From assembly GCF_006345805.1 (NCBI RefSeq), contig NC_042997.1:18228001-18292000 (forward strand): a stretch of 64,000 nucleotides of DNA. The letters are read 5' to 3'. The notes under the pieces are model-generated. The model had not been told where the DNA came from. It ran no database searches and saw only the letters and a list, made by a program, of their open reading frames with translations. This DNA is from Octopus sinensis (lineage: Eukaryota). Below, in pieces: positions 13,415-25,799 of this stretch (position 1 is the first letter of the stretch; each line of letters opens with the position of its first letter). The translations under genes and the position numbers were made by a program.

Positions 13415-13850
13415 GAAATACTGGTTTCAAATTTTGGCACAAGACCAGTAATTACGGGGTAGGTAAGTCGATTACATTGACTCCTGTGCTCAGCTGATAA
13501 TTATTTTATCGACCAAAAAGGATGAAAAGCAAAGTCGACCTCGGCGGAATTCGAACTCAGAACGTAAAGATTGCTGCATGCATTTGACCCGCTGTGCTAA
13601 TGATTCTGCCAGTTCACTGCTCTCAATCAGGCTAAAATATTGCTTTCAAGTTTTGGCATCTGTCCAGCAATTTAGGAGGATGGATAGGTCGATTAGATCG
13701 ATCCCAGTTCTAAACTAGAACTTATTTTATCGACCCCGAAAATAGGAAAGCCAAAGTCACCTTCGGTGGTATTTAGACTCGACATAAAGACAGACTAATT
13801 GCTGTTATGCATTTTCCCCGGCGTGCAAACGATTCTGCCAAGTCCGCTTT
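13415..13850 (-). mobile_element. Two tandem SINE family A copies
   Basis: Family A core repeated at about 13.5 and 13.7 kb. Confidence 0.85.
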
Positions 13851-14559
13851 ATCAGGCTAAACTATTAAAGCATTTTTTTTAGAATCTGGATTATGATTGT
13901 CAAAATTTCAATGAATTGCAATTAAACTATTTCCTGAGAAAATGTGTGAATAGACTGAAAATAGCTAATTATTAATAATCTAACCAGTACAGAGAATCGA
14001 AAGGTCACATTATCAGAACATGTATCATAACATAATCTTGATCTCCAACTTAATGTGGAGATAGTGTTAGGACACAAAATATTGCATTTTTTGCCTTGAG
14101 AGAATCTTTCATAAGGACGCGTGGCGCATAAAAGCACTCGAAATATATCGTTAATAGATAAGAACCGACTGCTACAGCTGTCGGGACTGCTATATAACTT
14201 GATTTCACCCTGCTGTAGGTTCTTCAGTGACAGATATCCAGCAGTGCGATACCAGCCGAATCTCCCGTCAACGATATATAAATTTTCAGTGTCTGTTCAG
14301 GCACTGGTGTCGTAAATAGCTAGTGGGGCTTATAAAAAACAAATAATAGCGACAGAAGCATCATTGATACCAAAAGGTAATCTAGATCTCCAACTTACCG
14401 TGGAGGTTGTGTTAACATTTAAATGATCCATGAATGAAAATTCAAACAAGAAGTTTGAAAAGCAACTAGGTTATGGTTATTATTATTATTATAATAATTA
14501 TAATTGTTATTATCATTATTATTATTATTATTATCATTATTATTATTATTATTATTATT

Positions 14560-14796
14560 ATTAATCCTTTCTACTAAAGGCACAATGCCTGAAATTTTGC
14601 GGGAGGGGACTAGTTGATTACATCGACCCCAGTGTTTCACTTGTACTTAATTTATTAACCCCGAAAAGATGAAAGACAAAGTCGGTCTCGGCGGAATTCG
14701 AACTTAGAACGTGAAGACGGACGAAATACTGCTAAGCATTTTGACCGGTGTGCTAACGATTCTACCAGCTCGCCGCCTTAATAATAACAATAACGA

Positions 14797-14831
<35 letters not shown>

Positions 14832-14832
14832 T

Positions 14833-14863
<31 letters not shown>

Positions 14864-15312
14864 ACTACTACTACTACTACTACTACTACTCTACTACTAC
14901 TACTACTACTAATAATAATAATAAACAATAATATTTTTCTACTAAAGGCACAAGGCCTGAAATTATGGGGCAGGGGCTAGTCGATTACGTTAACCCCTAG
15001 TACTTATTTCATCGGCCTCGAAAAGATGAAGGTAGACCTCAGCAGAATTTGAACACAAAACATGGTGACGGACGAAATACCTATTTCTTTACTACCCACA
15101 AGGGGCTAAACACAGAGAGGACAAACAAGGACAGACAAACGGGTTAAGTCGATTATATCGACCTCAGTACGTAATTAGTATTTATTTAATCGATCCCGAA
15201 AGGATGAAAGGCAAAGTCGACCTCGGCTGAATTTGAACTCAGAACGTAACGGCAGTCGAAATACCGCTAGGCATTTCGCCCGGCGTGCTAACGGTTCTGG
15301 CAGCTAAACACC
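14560..15312 (-). mobile_element. Cluster of SINE family A copies interleaved with (AAT)n, (ACT)n and (GCT)n tracts
   Basis: Core motif at about 14.65, 15.0 and 15.2 kb. Confidence 0.85.
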
Positions 15313-15314
<2 letters not shown>

Positions 15315-15400
<86 letters not shown>

Positions 15401-15420
15401 CAACAACAACAACAACAACA
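15315..15420. repeat. (AAT)n(CAA)n microsatellite
   Basis: Direct reading; explains the poly-Y/poly-C ORF. Confidence 0.95.
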
Positions 15421-16054
15421 GTACATTACTTTAATGAAAAATTGCATGAAATTAACAATAGGTGCTAATGATTTTAAGAAAGAAAAATTAAGTATTTTGA
15501 ATATAATGGGGAAAATTGATGACAAAAATTAGGGACGAATATTGGGTTGCTGATTAAGTGTATCAACTTGGAAAAAAAAATATAAAGAACGCTATTTTGA
15601 GCTGAGAAGCAGAAAAGAATTAATGAGAAGTAGTAACTCATTTCATTCACACTTGGTGTAAATTATATGAAAATGGATTTCAGATAATTATGATTATCTT
15701 ATAAAAGAAATAATATATTACAGCTAAGCAAGTATTTCCATCGCAAGATAAGTGATGTTATAATGTATCCTCATGAAAGAAATAACGAATTAATTCTACC
15801 GAAAGTTTTAAAAAAACATTTGCTACAGTAAAACGTATTTCAAAAATAATTTTGATGGTTAAAGCCAGGATACTACCTGTCATATTAATGCATTAGAGTG
15901 AAATTAGATTCCCCTGAATATTATAATGATAGTTCACAAACTTTGAGGAATCGTTTTCCTTGGGTGTTGCGTTGGTGCTAAATCAATATATTAGTAAACA
16001 CGTTAGTTTTATCATTAAAAAAATTACATTCAATGTTTTGTGATTAAGCGATAA

Positions 16055-16245
16055 TAATCTTTTCTACTCCAGGTAACTTTTGGGGAGGGGGCCAGTCGAT
16101 CAGATCGACTCCAGTGCGCAACTGGTACTTAATTTATCGTTCCCGAAAGGATGAAAGGAATTTGTACTCAAACCATAAAGACAGACGAAATGCCGCTAAG
16201 TATTTCGCCCGGCGTGCTAACGTTTCTGCCAGTTTCTGCCTTACT
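16055..16245 (-). mobile_element. SINE family A copy
   Basis: gacgaaatgccgctaagtatttcgcccggcgtgctaacgtttctgccag head, reverse complemented. Confidence 0.85.
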
Positions 16246-16531
16246 AAGCAGTAATAATAAACGTATATAAACAAAGTAACAAATATAAGAAAAAAGTCTC
16301 GTATATGTATTTATATATATTTATGTGTGTGTGTACGTATTTATATGTATGTATGCGTGTGTTTTTATATCGTCACACAATATATTGCTGGCTATAGAAT
16401 GTCACTGGTCTGAACGTGACTGCCGGTTTTGAGTTGAATTGCCATTAGACAAGATTGATGACTCTTCAGACAAATGTATGCCGGGAGTTATCAATAATGT
16501 CTTGTGACTGTATTTTATTTGTGTGTGTATG

Positions 16532-16534
<3 letters not shown>

Positions 16535-16593
<59 letters not shown>
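16535..16593. repeat. (TA)n microsatellite inside a probable Penelope-derived terminal repeat
   Basis: Direct reading; flanked by hammerhead half-motifs. Confidence 0.9.
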
Positions 16594-16597
<4 letters not shown>

Positions 16598-17999
16598 TAA
16601 ATAAAATAAAACATATGCATATATATAAACATATATGTACGTACCTACCTCTACATATACATATACACGCATATATGAGTACAGGACACCAAAAGGACGT
16701 CGAACACAATGAGAAACGAAAACATAGATACAAACCAAAGGAACTGGACATTTTTTTAAAAACATCAAAAAAAATAGAGTACAGAACAATTAACACAAAG
16801 AACAAACCCCTTCTTCAGTCGCTAAAGGTTTCATCTACTCTACGTTTCGAAGGATAAAAGCGAGACGTATCTTCGACAAGAAAACTTTCCTTCCTGCGAA
16901 AAGCAAATCAATTAATATATATATATATATATATATATATAATGTACAGAGTACGAGCTACTTATAGTTTCATGCAGTGGAGACGCGAGCCTAGACAGGT
17001 TTTTTAACATGCCTTGAGTCTCCAAGCAATATTCTAGCTCTGAGCACATGGTCTATTCAGTTTACAAATATGGACGCTGGAACAAGAGAAATCAAGAGAA
17101 AACGAGAAACTGGATGCAAAAAGTGGACGGGTTAAGCAAAACGGAAAAAAGAAAAAGAAAAATGAAAATTACAGTTTTGTCAAATTTGACCGTAAAGTAA
17201 TTTCTATGGGGTTTGAAGTCCAACACCAGACCGTAAACAGTCAAGTGGAGAACAGTAGAAAAATCCATGCCATATGTTAATGGATTTATTCTATACAGTA
17301 GATTATATCCTATACCCCTATTATGTCTTGAATAGAAGAGATAGAATCTTTTCCTTATTTGCATCAGAAAAATTCAATTTTCATCCTTTTAACATATTTC
17401 AGTTCAAGATAATTTCAAAGTGCAAGCTGGATTAATACCATCTAAAAGCAATCGCAAAAGTACAGAAGAGAGTCGTTCCCGCTTAAAAGCATATTACTCA
17501 TCGTAAAGTCTTAAACTGATCTCAGAAAACATAACATCACTAATATATATTTATAAATCATGGGTTATTTTTACTAGAGTGGAACACTTCAATCAAAACC
17601 ATGAACTTTACGCAAACGAATGCGGTCTGAGACAATCAACTGAATATGTCCTAAAAACATCTTAAAATGCTTTTCTTAATACATATAAGATTACCTGAAA
17701 AATATCACAAAGAGTTAAACTCGAGTAATGACATAAAGACCAGCATCAGGTGTGTACAATGAACAAAAGTCTCTTCTTTTCAAAGATAATTTTTAGAACT
17801 ATCCTCCTTTGTATTTCAATCAAAGAGAAGCAAGTAGTTAAAAGTAAGCAAGCTTCATATCGCTTAGATCTTATCATGAAAGTAGGTGCACATATTATTG
17901 AATTCATTCTATTATTTAACTCTTAGATATTTAAAATATTTTTCGTTTTTGCTAATAAATATTCCAGCCTAGGAGATAAGGATAAAACATCCTTCTCGA

Positions 18000-18232
18000 A
18001 CCCAAATGATTCGTAAGGACCGATTTCCCGGTTTTTGTGGTGTATATTTGCCCACTGGATCGGACGCCGGTCCGTCGCAGTATTACTCATTTTTTGCAAG
18101 CTGGGTGGGCTGAAGCAACGTGAAAAGAAGCGTTTTGCTCAAAAACACAACACGTCACCCAGTCAAAGAATTGAAACCGCAATCTTACGATCATGAGTCC
18201 AACACCTCTAACTACTATCCACACGCCTCCAC
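18000..18232 (-). mobile_element. tRNA-headed SINE (family B-related), diverged
   Basis: aattgaaaccgcaatcttacgatcatgagtccaacacctctaactact is a reverse-complemented tRNA-like head. Confidence 0.7.
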
Positions 18233-18672
18233 AGCTTAGGATATGACTCACCTTAATTCGGTAAACAGAAAACCTTAAAGGATGCTACACTATTAGCATT
18301 TACAAAGGCGCAGATATCTGAAGGAAAGCCAATCTCCTGTCTCTTCAGAGTAGCACGTTTGACTTCGTAATGGTTTAATGCCAACTTAGGAAGGGTCAGC
18401 TGTATGAGCCTTCAACTTATGGTCACTTAAATTATCAGACCTTCACTGTGTGTGTGTGTGTGTTTATGTATGTGTGTGTGAATAGGCGCTGACATAGTCG
18501 TAAGGTTAAAAAAGTATACTTTGCAAACCACGCCGATCCAAGTTTAATCTTAATCCGTTATATCTTGGACAAGTATATGCTACCGTAACCTCGAGTTGAA
18601 GATACATTGTACGTTAAGTTTTATCGATGTAGATTGTGCTGAGCTGGTCTTACACACACACACACACACACA

Positions 18673-18713
<41 letters not shown>

Positions 18714-19054
18714 ACATGTGCGTGTGGTGTTTATGTGTGCATGTCTGAGTTTACATTTACTAGTGTAAAAATAGCGCTGTATCAAAGCATAATTGAGAGA
18801 TTTGATAAATAAAGATCGATAAAATAAGACGCAGATTGAAATAAGAACTACGATCGATAATTTAACCATTCATTCAATAAAATTATCACCAGATTTTCAA
18901 TATGTAGGTCACAGATTTTTGTTAATTGGGAAATGGAATGTTCGTTGCAGATAATATCCGCAAATACAGCTTGTATATGTACATAGACACAAATATATGT
19001 ATATACTTAGAGCAATAATTCGGTAAGTGAAAGAAATATAACACCGAAGCTTTA

Positions 19055-19450
19055 TCTTTATATATAAAAGTGAGGTTGTGTGCTGTCTGTCTCCTACGAT
19101 TTAGATTCCTAACTACTCCCACATTTTGCGGTGCAGTTTAACCAAAACCGGGTATCTTATAGTCGTGATTCATATCGAGCCCTTCTGGGTATTAACGCGC
19201 GTCTACGATGAGTCTACGATTTAAAAAAAAATTTACCATCAATTTTTCCCATTTTTAATGCATTTTTGGTATGTATAAGGGAAGTAACTCTCTAAAAATT
19301 TATTATTAAATCTCAGAACGTAAAAAGCTACAGTAACCCCCCCCCTTTGTGGTTAGCCATATTGAGATGGCTATTATACTTTACATCTCTAAAAATGCTT
19401 ATATAGTTATTTTCCTTACAAACCCGAGCAACACCGGGCGATACTGCTAG
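19055..19450 (+). mobile_element. Non-autonomous Helitron
   Basis: A|TC 5' end (tctttatatataaaag), subterminal hairpin cccgagcaacaccggg, CTAG|T 3' end. Confidence 0.8.
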
Positions 19451-19574
19451 TCAAATATAAAATAGATATTACAACCGGTTGTTTTTACAAACTGTGCAGT
19501 TTACCCTGACAATAAAATGTAGACAAAGTGGTCACATCAGGAATCTTACTCGCTGTGGTCAGAAAAATACTTAC

Positions 19575-19630
19575 CTCACTAGTTTCAATGTTTATTTCCT
19601 TTTCTTCTATTATAAATAACTCAGTGAAGT
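19575..19630 (-). CDS. Candidate 56-nt exon (N)FTELFIIEEKEINIETSE
   Basis: Strong acceptor tttttctttag and donor GAG|gtaagt; only the phase-1 frame is open, matching exon 25921-25939. Confidence 0.55.
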
Positions 19631-20503
19631 CTAAAGAAAAATGGCTTAATCTTATTTACAGAGTACTTAGTCTTTTGGTCGTAAAAGGATCATAAATATA
19701 AAATGGTGTCTTATTTTTTGACCAAGTTTTTAAGTTTGTGAGTATGCTGGTTGAATCTGAGTGTGTAGAGGTTCATGGTCAAGGCGACGTAATATTTGGA
19801 CAAAGGGGTTTTTGCTGAAAAACTCTGGCACAATACACAGTAGGTTTAATAAGACACAACTTGCTAAAGGGGCTTTATGCCAGTGCTTAAGCAATTAGAG
19901 TTGATACATCTCGATCAATGTTGATTCCGTGTTAAGTAAAGACAAATTTGCAATGTTTACTTCACATTTGAAATTATCAAAAGAGTAAAGATAAAAAAAG
20001 CTGTTGTATACGGCTCGTTTCTCTTTCTTCCTTTCGCTCTCTACCTTTCTCTCTATCTCTTCCCCCTCTCTCTCTGTATATATATATATATGGTACCATG
20101 TGCTTCATCAATACCGTTATTCTCACATTCTCCTAAACCATATCACCTCCTTACATACACACTACATACAAGCCGTCTAACAATTATACACACATCAAAG
20201 CCCATATCAAACAAATGTGAAGATATTTCGACACCTCTACACATCTACACACACACAACACACACACACACACACACATTGCTATTTAACATCCTTACTC
20301 TTCCTAATGTGCGTTTCTAAACACAAATTCACTCTTATATTCATCTATATACACACCTTCCTCCTTTAACTCTCCCACACAACAGAATTTCTCCCTGGTT
20401 TCTAACCCTTCACCTTCCTTCTCTATTTCTCTTCATATTTTCTCTTCTGAATATGCTGACAGTTTCTCTTCCTCCCTATCCGAATACTTCTCCCTTTCAC
20501 TCT

Positions 20504-20544
20504 GTTCCTCTGATGAAGGTCTAACATCCGAAACATTAAGAAAC
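20504..20544 (+). ncRNA. Decayed minimal hammerhead motif at the end of a pyrimidine-rich Penelope-type repeat
   Basis: CUGAUGA-A-GG(UCUAACAU)CC-GAAAC-AUU-AAGAAAC; core intact, stem III palindrome broken. Confidence 0.45.
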
Positions 20545-20752
20545 TCTCTTTTCTATTGAAGCGTTAAACTAATATTATATTTGGTGGACTTTGTAATTTC
20601 TGTGTTGTTTCTCTTAATGTTTATTATCTTAAAACTATATATGTGTGTGTCTGTATACGTGTTTGTGTATTTATCTATATACCGCCCCTACTCTCTTTAT
20701 TATACACACACACGCGTGCGCGCGTGTGTGTGTAGGGTGCAGCGAATAAACT

Positions 20753-21545
20753 GTCGTCGAAATTACGCAAAAATGAAAATAACACTGACATCTCATTTTA
20801 GAAGATATAGTTGACAAAATTGCATTAAAATATCGTGAAGTACTAAAGAGTAAATTTATTCAGTAAAATTACCATTGGCTTCAACCACGCCTTCCAAACG
20901 ACTTCGGGATCTCCTGCAACTCTTCTGGAGGGTCTCTTTAGTTTTAAATTGGTGAATGCTGCCATAATCCTTGCCTTCAGTTCATCTTTCGTATTACAAG
21001 AAGTTTTGTTAGTCTCTCGCTCAGCTGCGCTCCACACAAAATAATGAAAGGGGTTACAGTCTGGGGAGTTCAGTGGTCTGATATTAGGGGTGGTGTGGTC
21101 ACAGAAATTGTCTGACAGCCATGACTGGGTTCTCCTGCTTGTGTTGCCAGACATAGGGTTTCCAGCCGACATCCTCTTGACCCAAGGCAGTACTTCATCC
21201 TCCAGGCACTTGATGTTGGCCTCCTTATTGAGTCTGAGGCCATGTGGGAAGATGAATGACGGTGTAACGTTGCCGTCACTAGTGATCATTCGAAACACCA
21301 TGATGGTGACTAGATATTTGATTTTTATCACTCTCGGTGCATGTCCTGAGATTGCCCTATCCACAGACTAGCACCTAAACACTCTGAAATGTTCATATTG
21401 GAATGCCAAGAGGTACAGCATGGGGTTTCCAAATTTCTGGCAGAGTGAATTGTGTCATGGTGTTGTTTTTCTCACAGCCGGTGCCCAACTGAACCTACTA
21501 TGCTGTGTAGTGGACAAAATCAAAAACAAACAATGGCGACATTAC
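20753..21545 (-). mobile_element. Tc1/mariner superfamily transposon remnant
   Basis: ORF 20843..21364 with VMVFRMITSDG, LEDEVLPWVK and NSPDCNPFHYFVWS; terminus tagggtgcagcgaataaac. Confidence 0.85.
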
Positions 21546-21679
21546 ATATATATATATATATATATATGCATGTAGGTATGTATGTATGTATATCATGACA
21601 AATATAGGGGACCTGTATGTTGCGTGAAGTTAGATGTGATAAGATCTAGTTAGTTCATAAGAGAGGATGTCCTTGCAGT

Positions 21680-22030
21680 AGCAACAAATTATACTAAGTG
21701 AGTAGGACAACAAGTGGTCATTCTCTTTTTCTCGAACCTTCAATTTTTCCTAGCACAATGCTCTTTTCCATAACATCTGCCTTCATAACGTGACCAAAGA
21801 ATTTTAATCTCAGTTACATAATCAATACTTCTAAAGTAATCTCAGGTTTCTCTTACTGCAGCATCGGTCCGTTTGATTTTCTTTCGTTCTTGATATTCTC
21901 AATAATCCTCTTCATCACCAGGTTTTCAATGAATCAATTTTCCTCCTATCTTGTTAATTGACCATCTTTCACATCCATACATCATTATTACGAAATACAC
22001 AATTGAATTTCAACACTCTCTCTTTTGTTC
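21680..22030 (-). mobile_element. Decayed RTE-clade LINE 3' coding remnant
   Basis: Minus-strand translation contains IMMYGCE and later segments resembling the RTE RT C-terminus; heavily disrupted. Confidence 0.55.
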
Positions 22031-22899
22031 TTTTGCTACAATTCTCAATATTTCATGATTTGTAGCTCCCTCATGACAGTCTTTACATTATGCATTCTGT
22101 ATATTTACCAATAGTATAATATTATCTGCAATATTTGAGATAAAACATACTCCAGTATGGCAGTTTGAAAGAAATACTTTACGGAAGGACACACAATAAG
22201 ATGATTTACAGAGATAATAGTGAAAACTCGACCCCCTTAATGAAATCCTTGCAAACAACAGAGTAATTCCATCATCTACCGATACCCAATAAAATGAAAA
22301 AGAAAGCATATTTTAACAAAATGTACTTATTTAAATATCAACATGAAACAATACGGGACAGTAGATAAATATAGATAGAGAACTGCAGAAGTGAGACCAT
22401 ATTTTAACAAATGTATTGTGGACATGTACATCATTGTTCACTGGCATTAAAGCAACACTATAAAATCAAAGTCAGAACAAAATAGCCCTGTAAGTCCGTA
22501 AAATAGTACAAACTTTAAGAATCACTGAAGCTGTGCTCACAGAAACTGTTTTGAACAGTATCTGACTGAAGTAGAAAAAGGAACTCAAAGGAGCTAACGT
22601 TTATTTTATATAGCAAATGAAAAGCAATTATACTGTAGGCTACATTTTTTCCAAGGGAATTTATTTAAACTGGTGCTGAACAATCACCAGATACTTCATT
22701 TATTAGTTCTTCATTGATATTTACATTATTTTGCAGATATACACCAGTAAATGTCATCCAAATATATACATGCACCTATGCGCACAAAAACACATACACA
22801 AATATTAAATTTGCATTTTTGTATGTGTATATCCATCCATCCACTCATCAATCCATCCATCCATCTTCTCCGTCTACTATCCTCAGGCATCTCATCCAT

Positions 22900-23165
22900 A
22901 GGATTCTATTAGAAGCAACCGTCATTACACTGGATTCTCACTTGTGTGTAACTGAGACTATAGTAATTATCCAACCATCTCGATCTTGGTCTATCTCTAG
23001 GTCTACTGCCAGTTGGCTCGACTGGAGGAATTCGTTTTGTGATTCTTTGCTGCAACATTTTAGTTACATCCCCGTTTTACCGGTACTGTGGCCTCTCAGA
23101 GTGGAGAATTGACCAGGGAGGACACTCTGATCTCCGAGCCATGCATCCTGTCGTGAAGTGTTCGC
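22900..23165 (-). mobile_element. RTE-type LINE C-terminal remnant
   Basis: DVTKMLQQRITKRIPPVEPTGSRPRDRPRSRWLD resembles the GxRPRGRPxxRWxD motif. Confidence 0.6.
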
Positions 23166-23169
23166 CAGG

Positions 23170-23706
23170 ATATTTTTTTTAGGAATCCCATTTTGGCTGC
23201 TTATATTCCTAAAAACAACCTCGAAAATAACACCATATAAATACTGCTGAACTGCCTGACCAAAACTGATGATATATGTCCTGAAGATAAGTTTCTGCGT
23301 GGTGTATAGAATCACATGTAGTGAATGCAGCGAATTCTACATCAGAAGTGCCATCGGACTCACATTACCCATGCGGATTGAAGAGGACCACTATGCAAAT
23401 GCTTCTTTTATCAAAAACGTCTACAGAAATGCCACACCTAAAACATCCGAGTTTACACTGAAGCTACAGAAAGAAACATTAGGATCTTGAGAATTAAAGA
23501 AGCTCTTTTAATTAAGAAATATACAGCGTGCACCAATAGTAGATCAGAGTCTCACGCGGCCAATTGGTTACTATAGCAACGCCTGTTAAATACACACACA
23601 CTACAGGACAGAGAAGTCAATGAAAATCAACTACTTTCTAAAGATTTCCTGAGGAAGAGGTTCTAACTCTGAAATATTGAAATACCAGATAAAACTATCT
23701 GGTATT
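23170..23706 (+). mobile_element. Penelope-like element 3' remnant: GIY-YIG endonuclease plus terminal hammerhead
   Basis: VVYRITCSECSEFYI...TLPMRIEEDH is a GIY-YIG signature; hammerhead at 23644-23683; hairpin taccagat/atctggta follows. Confidence 0.8.
23644..23683 (+). ncRNA. Apparently intact minimal hammerhead ribozyme
   Basis: AUUUC-CUGAGGA-AGAG(GUUCUAA)CUCU-GAA-AUAU-U-GAAAU: 5-bp stem I, 4-bp stem II, palindromic stem III, full core. Confidence 0.7.
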
Positions 23707-23849
23707 TAATATTTATAAAAGGCATTGTTTTGGCTTTTAACAGCAATATAATCGTGTGTGTGTATATATATATATATATATAATTTCATAATTTTTTTCT
23801 TTATTTCTTCCGAAGACTTGTTTTTAACGGGACTACCATTAATGTTATT

Positions 23850-24700
23850 GCAGTGAAGATTTATGAGGAGGTGCCATAAATCGAATATTTCTAACCAGTC
23901 TGTGCTACCATATTGATTGTATTATCCACAACGAATAATTTTTCTTCGCATGTCTCTCCTCAAAATGTGATGTCGATACATGTCTTGCTCATGAAATGTA
24001 ATTTATCGCCCATTACACCACGCGCTATTTTCGCTGTTTTACGTAATCCCAGTTTACCAATATTTTGCCAAGTATCCGCATTTATAATCGAGATGTCACT
24101 GCCTGTGTCTAACTGCAAATTGGTATTCACCTCATTTATTTTTATGTGCCCGAATTTTCTTGTTTTTCCGTCGCAATCACTTTCCTCTGAAAACACCTTA
24201 GAACTTTTTATGTTTGAGCCTCGTAGTCTTGTTCTACAATGAGAACTCCTATATCCCAGCTTCTGAAACTATTGTACTTTTTGTTTTTAAAAGGACAATC
24301 CTTTTTTTGTAGTGGAGGCCTCCACAACCATAACACGGACTGGGGCCTGACACTTTTTGTTTATTGTGCTTCACGGGACGATATATTTGAAGTTTTGCAG
24401 AGTCTTCATCTCGTATTTTTTTCACATCATATTTAAGATTTACCATAGTCTGACATTCTTCTGCGATGGTCTGTAGAGATAAATCCTGGTTCGCTTGCTC
24501 TATTTTCAATAGAATCCTTGTCCGAATTTCTCTATCTTCGGGTGTTATAAGTCTTTGCACGAAGGTAAGTGATTTGAGCATTTCCTGAGTGTGATACTGG
24601 TGTTTGAAATTTTCTCACATACGGTTGACTACTCCGGCGTATGTGATAAAATCATCTTCCTCATTTTTTGTTAAGTTCCACCACGCCATTCTGGTGTTCA
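23850..24700 (-). mobile_element. Ty3/Gypsy (K02A2.6-like) gag and aspartic protease remnant
   Basis: LQLDTGSDISII protease motif, PCYGCGGLH zinc knuckle, EIRTRILLKIEQ gag-like segment; frameshifted. Confidence 0.85.
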
Positions 24701-24708
24701 ATAATGAA

Positions 24709-25370
24709 CTTCTATATATATAAAACTCAACATGTGTGCCTGTGTGTGTATCTGTGTGTTTAACTTCCCGGCACATCTCCTCCTAGCCAACAAATCGTAG
24801 AACCACCAAAAATGGGTCACTTAAAGTTTAGGCGAATGAAAATTGAACTGCGCTATTTCTGTTCCGAAATTCATCTCACAAGTGCAAGAATCGATAATGT
24901 GTTTATTTAGGCCTTATCCCATGCATTGAATAGGGAACTTTACCCAGTCAGCTGTTTGACGTGAACTGTGTTCACCACGCGTGCAAGCATGCGTAAATTG
25001 CATGAAAAATAAAATATCAAGATATAAAAATGAATCGCCGTAAACATTGTAGAAATTCAGCAAAGAAATGAATTTTCGGGATGTAGCCTGGAGGGTTTTT
25101 TTGTATTAATCGTTTGGACTTTGTGAACACATACCAATTGTTTTCATAACATTTTTAACGCTTTGAATTAAATGTGACCATTTTGCGTTGAGTCTGCAGT
25201 TTGAATCACTTTAACCAAATTTTAGCAGGCCGGATCTTTGATCATCACGATACATCGCCAGCGACTCCCTGAAACTCTCCCCTGAAATCCCCGTTGAGAA
25301 ATCTATATATATATATAAAACTCTACTTGTGTATCTGTGTGTGTGTCTGTGTGTTTAACTTTTGGATCTA
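24709..25370 (+). mobile_element. Helitron-like elements with 5' ends at about 24709 and 25302
   Basis: tctatatatataaaactc followed by gtgtgtatctgtgtgtttaactt occurs twice; no clear CTAG end. Confidence 0.55.
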
Positions 25371-25411
25371 CCAAGTTTCATTATTAAGGATGGAAAGTAG
25401 TGTGTAGCAAA

Positions 25412-25799
25412 TCTATATATATAAAGCTGAAGTTGTCTGTGTGTGGCAGGTTTGACAGCCTTCAACTAACACTATCTACTTCGAGACACTGTAGCGCAAG
25501 TTGACCAAAATTGAGAGTATAATAGAAGAAGGCTTGCTCTTCATTCTGTAGAAGATAAAATTCAAATCAGACCATGTTAACACCAAAAATTATTTACATC
25601 AAAAAGGTGCTGTTTTTCTATGAAAATCCCTACTTTTTACGAGTTTTGACTGCTGTGTCACCATTTTTCGGTGTATTTCAACTGGAAAAATGTTCACTTG
25701 AAGAGAATAACATGTTGCGTAATGCAAATTTTTACTTTTCAAAAATTCCAATTGTAAAGGGTCGAAACAAACCCAAGCAACACCGGGTGATACTGCTAG
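25412..25799 (+). mobile_element. Non-autonomous Helitron
   Basis: A|TCTATATATATAAAG start, cccaagcaacaccggg hairpin, CTAG|T end. Confidence 0.85.

Noticed and set aside
14704-15525. Poly-T, poly-V, poly-Y and poly-N ORFs
   Set aside because: Translations of trinucleotide microsatellites and SINE sequence; the same applies to most ORF-track entries in this window
18252-18273. Minus-strand donor AAG|gtgagtc suggesting an exon
   Set aside because: With the nearest acceptor the phase needed by the neighbouring exons hits a stop; alternative acceptors are weak
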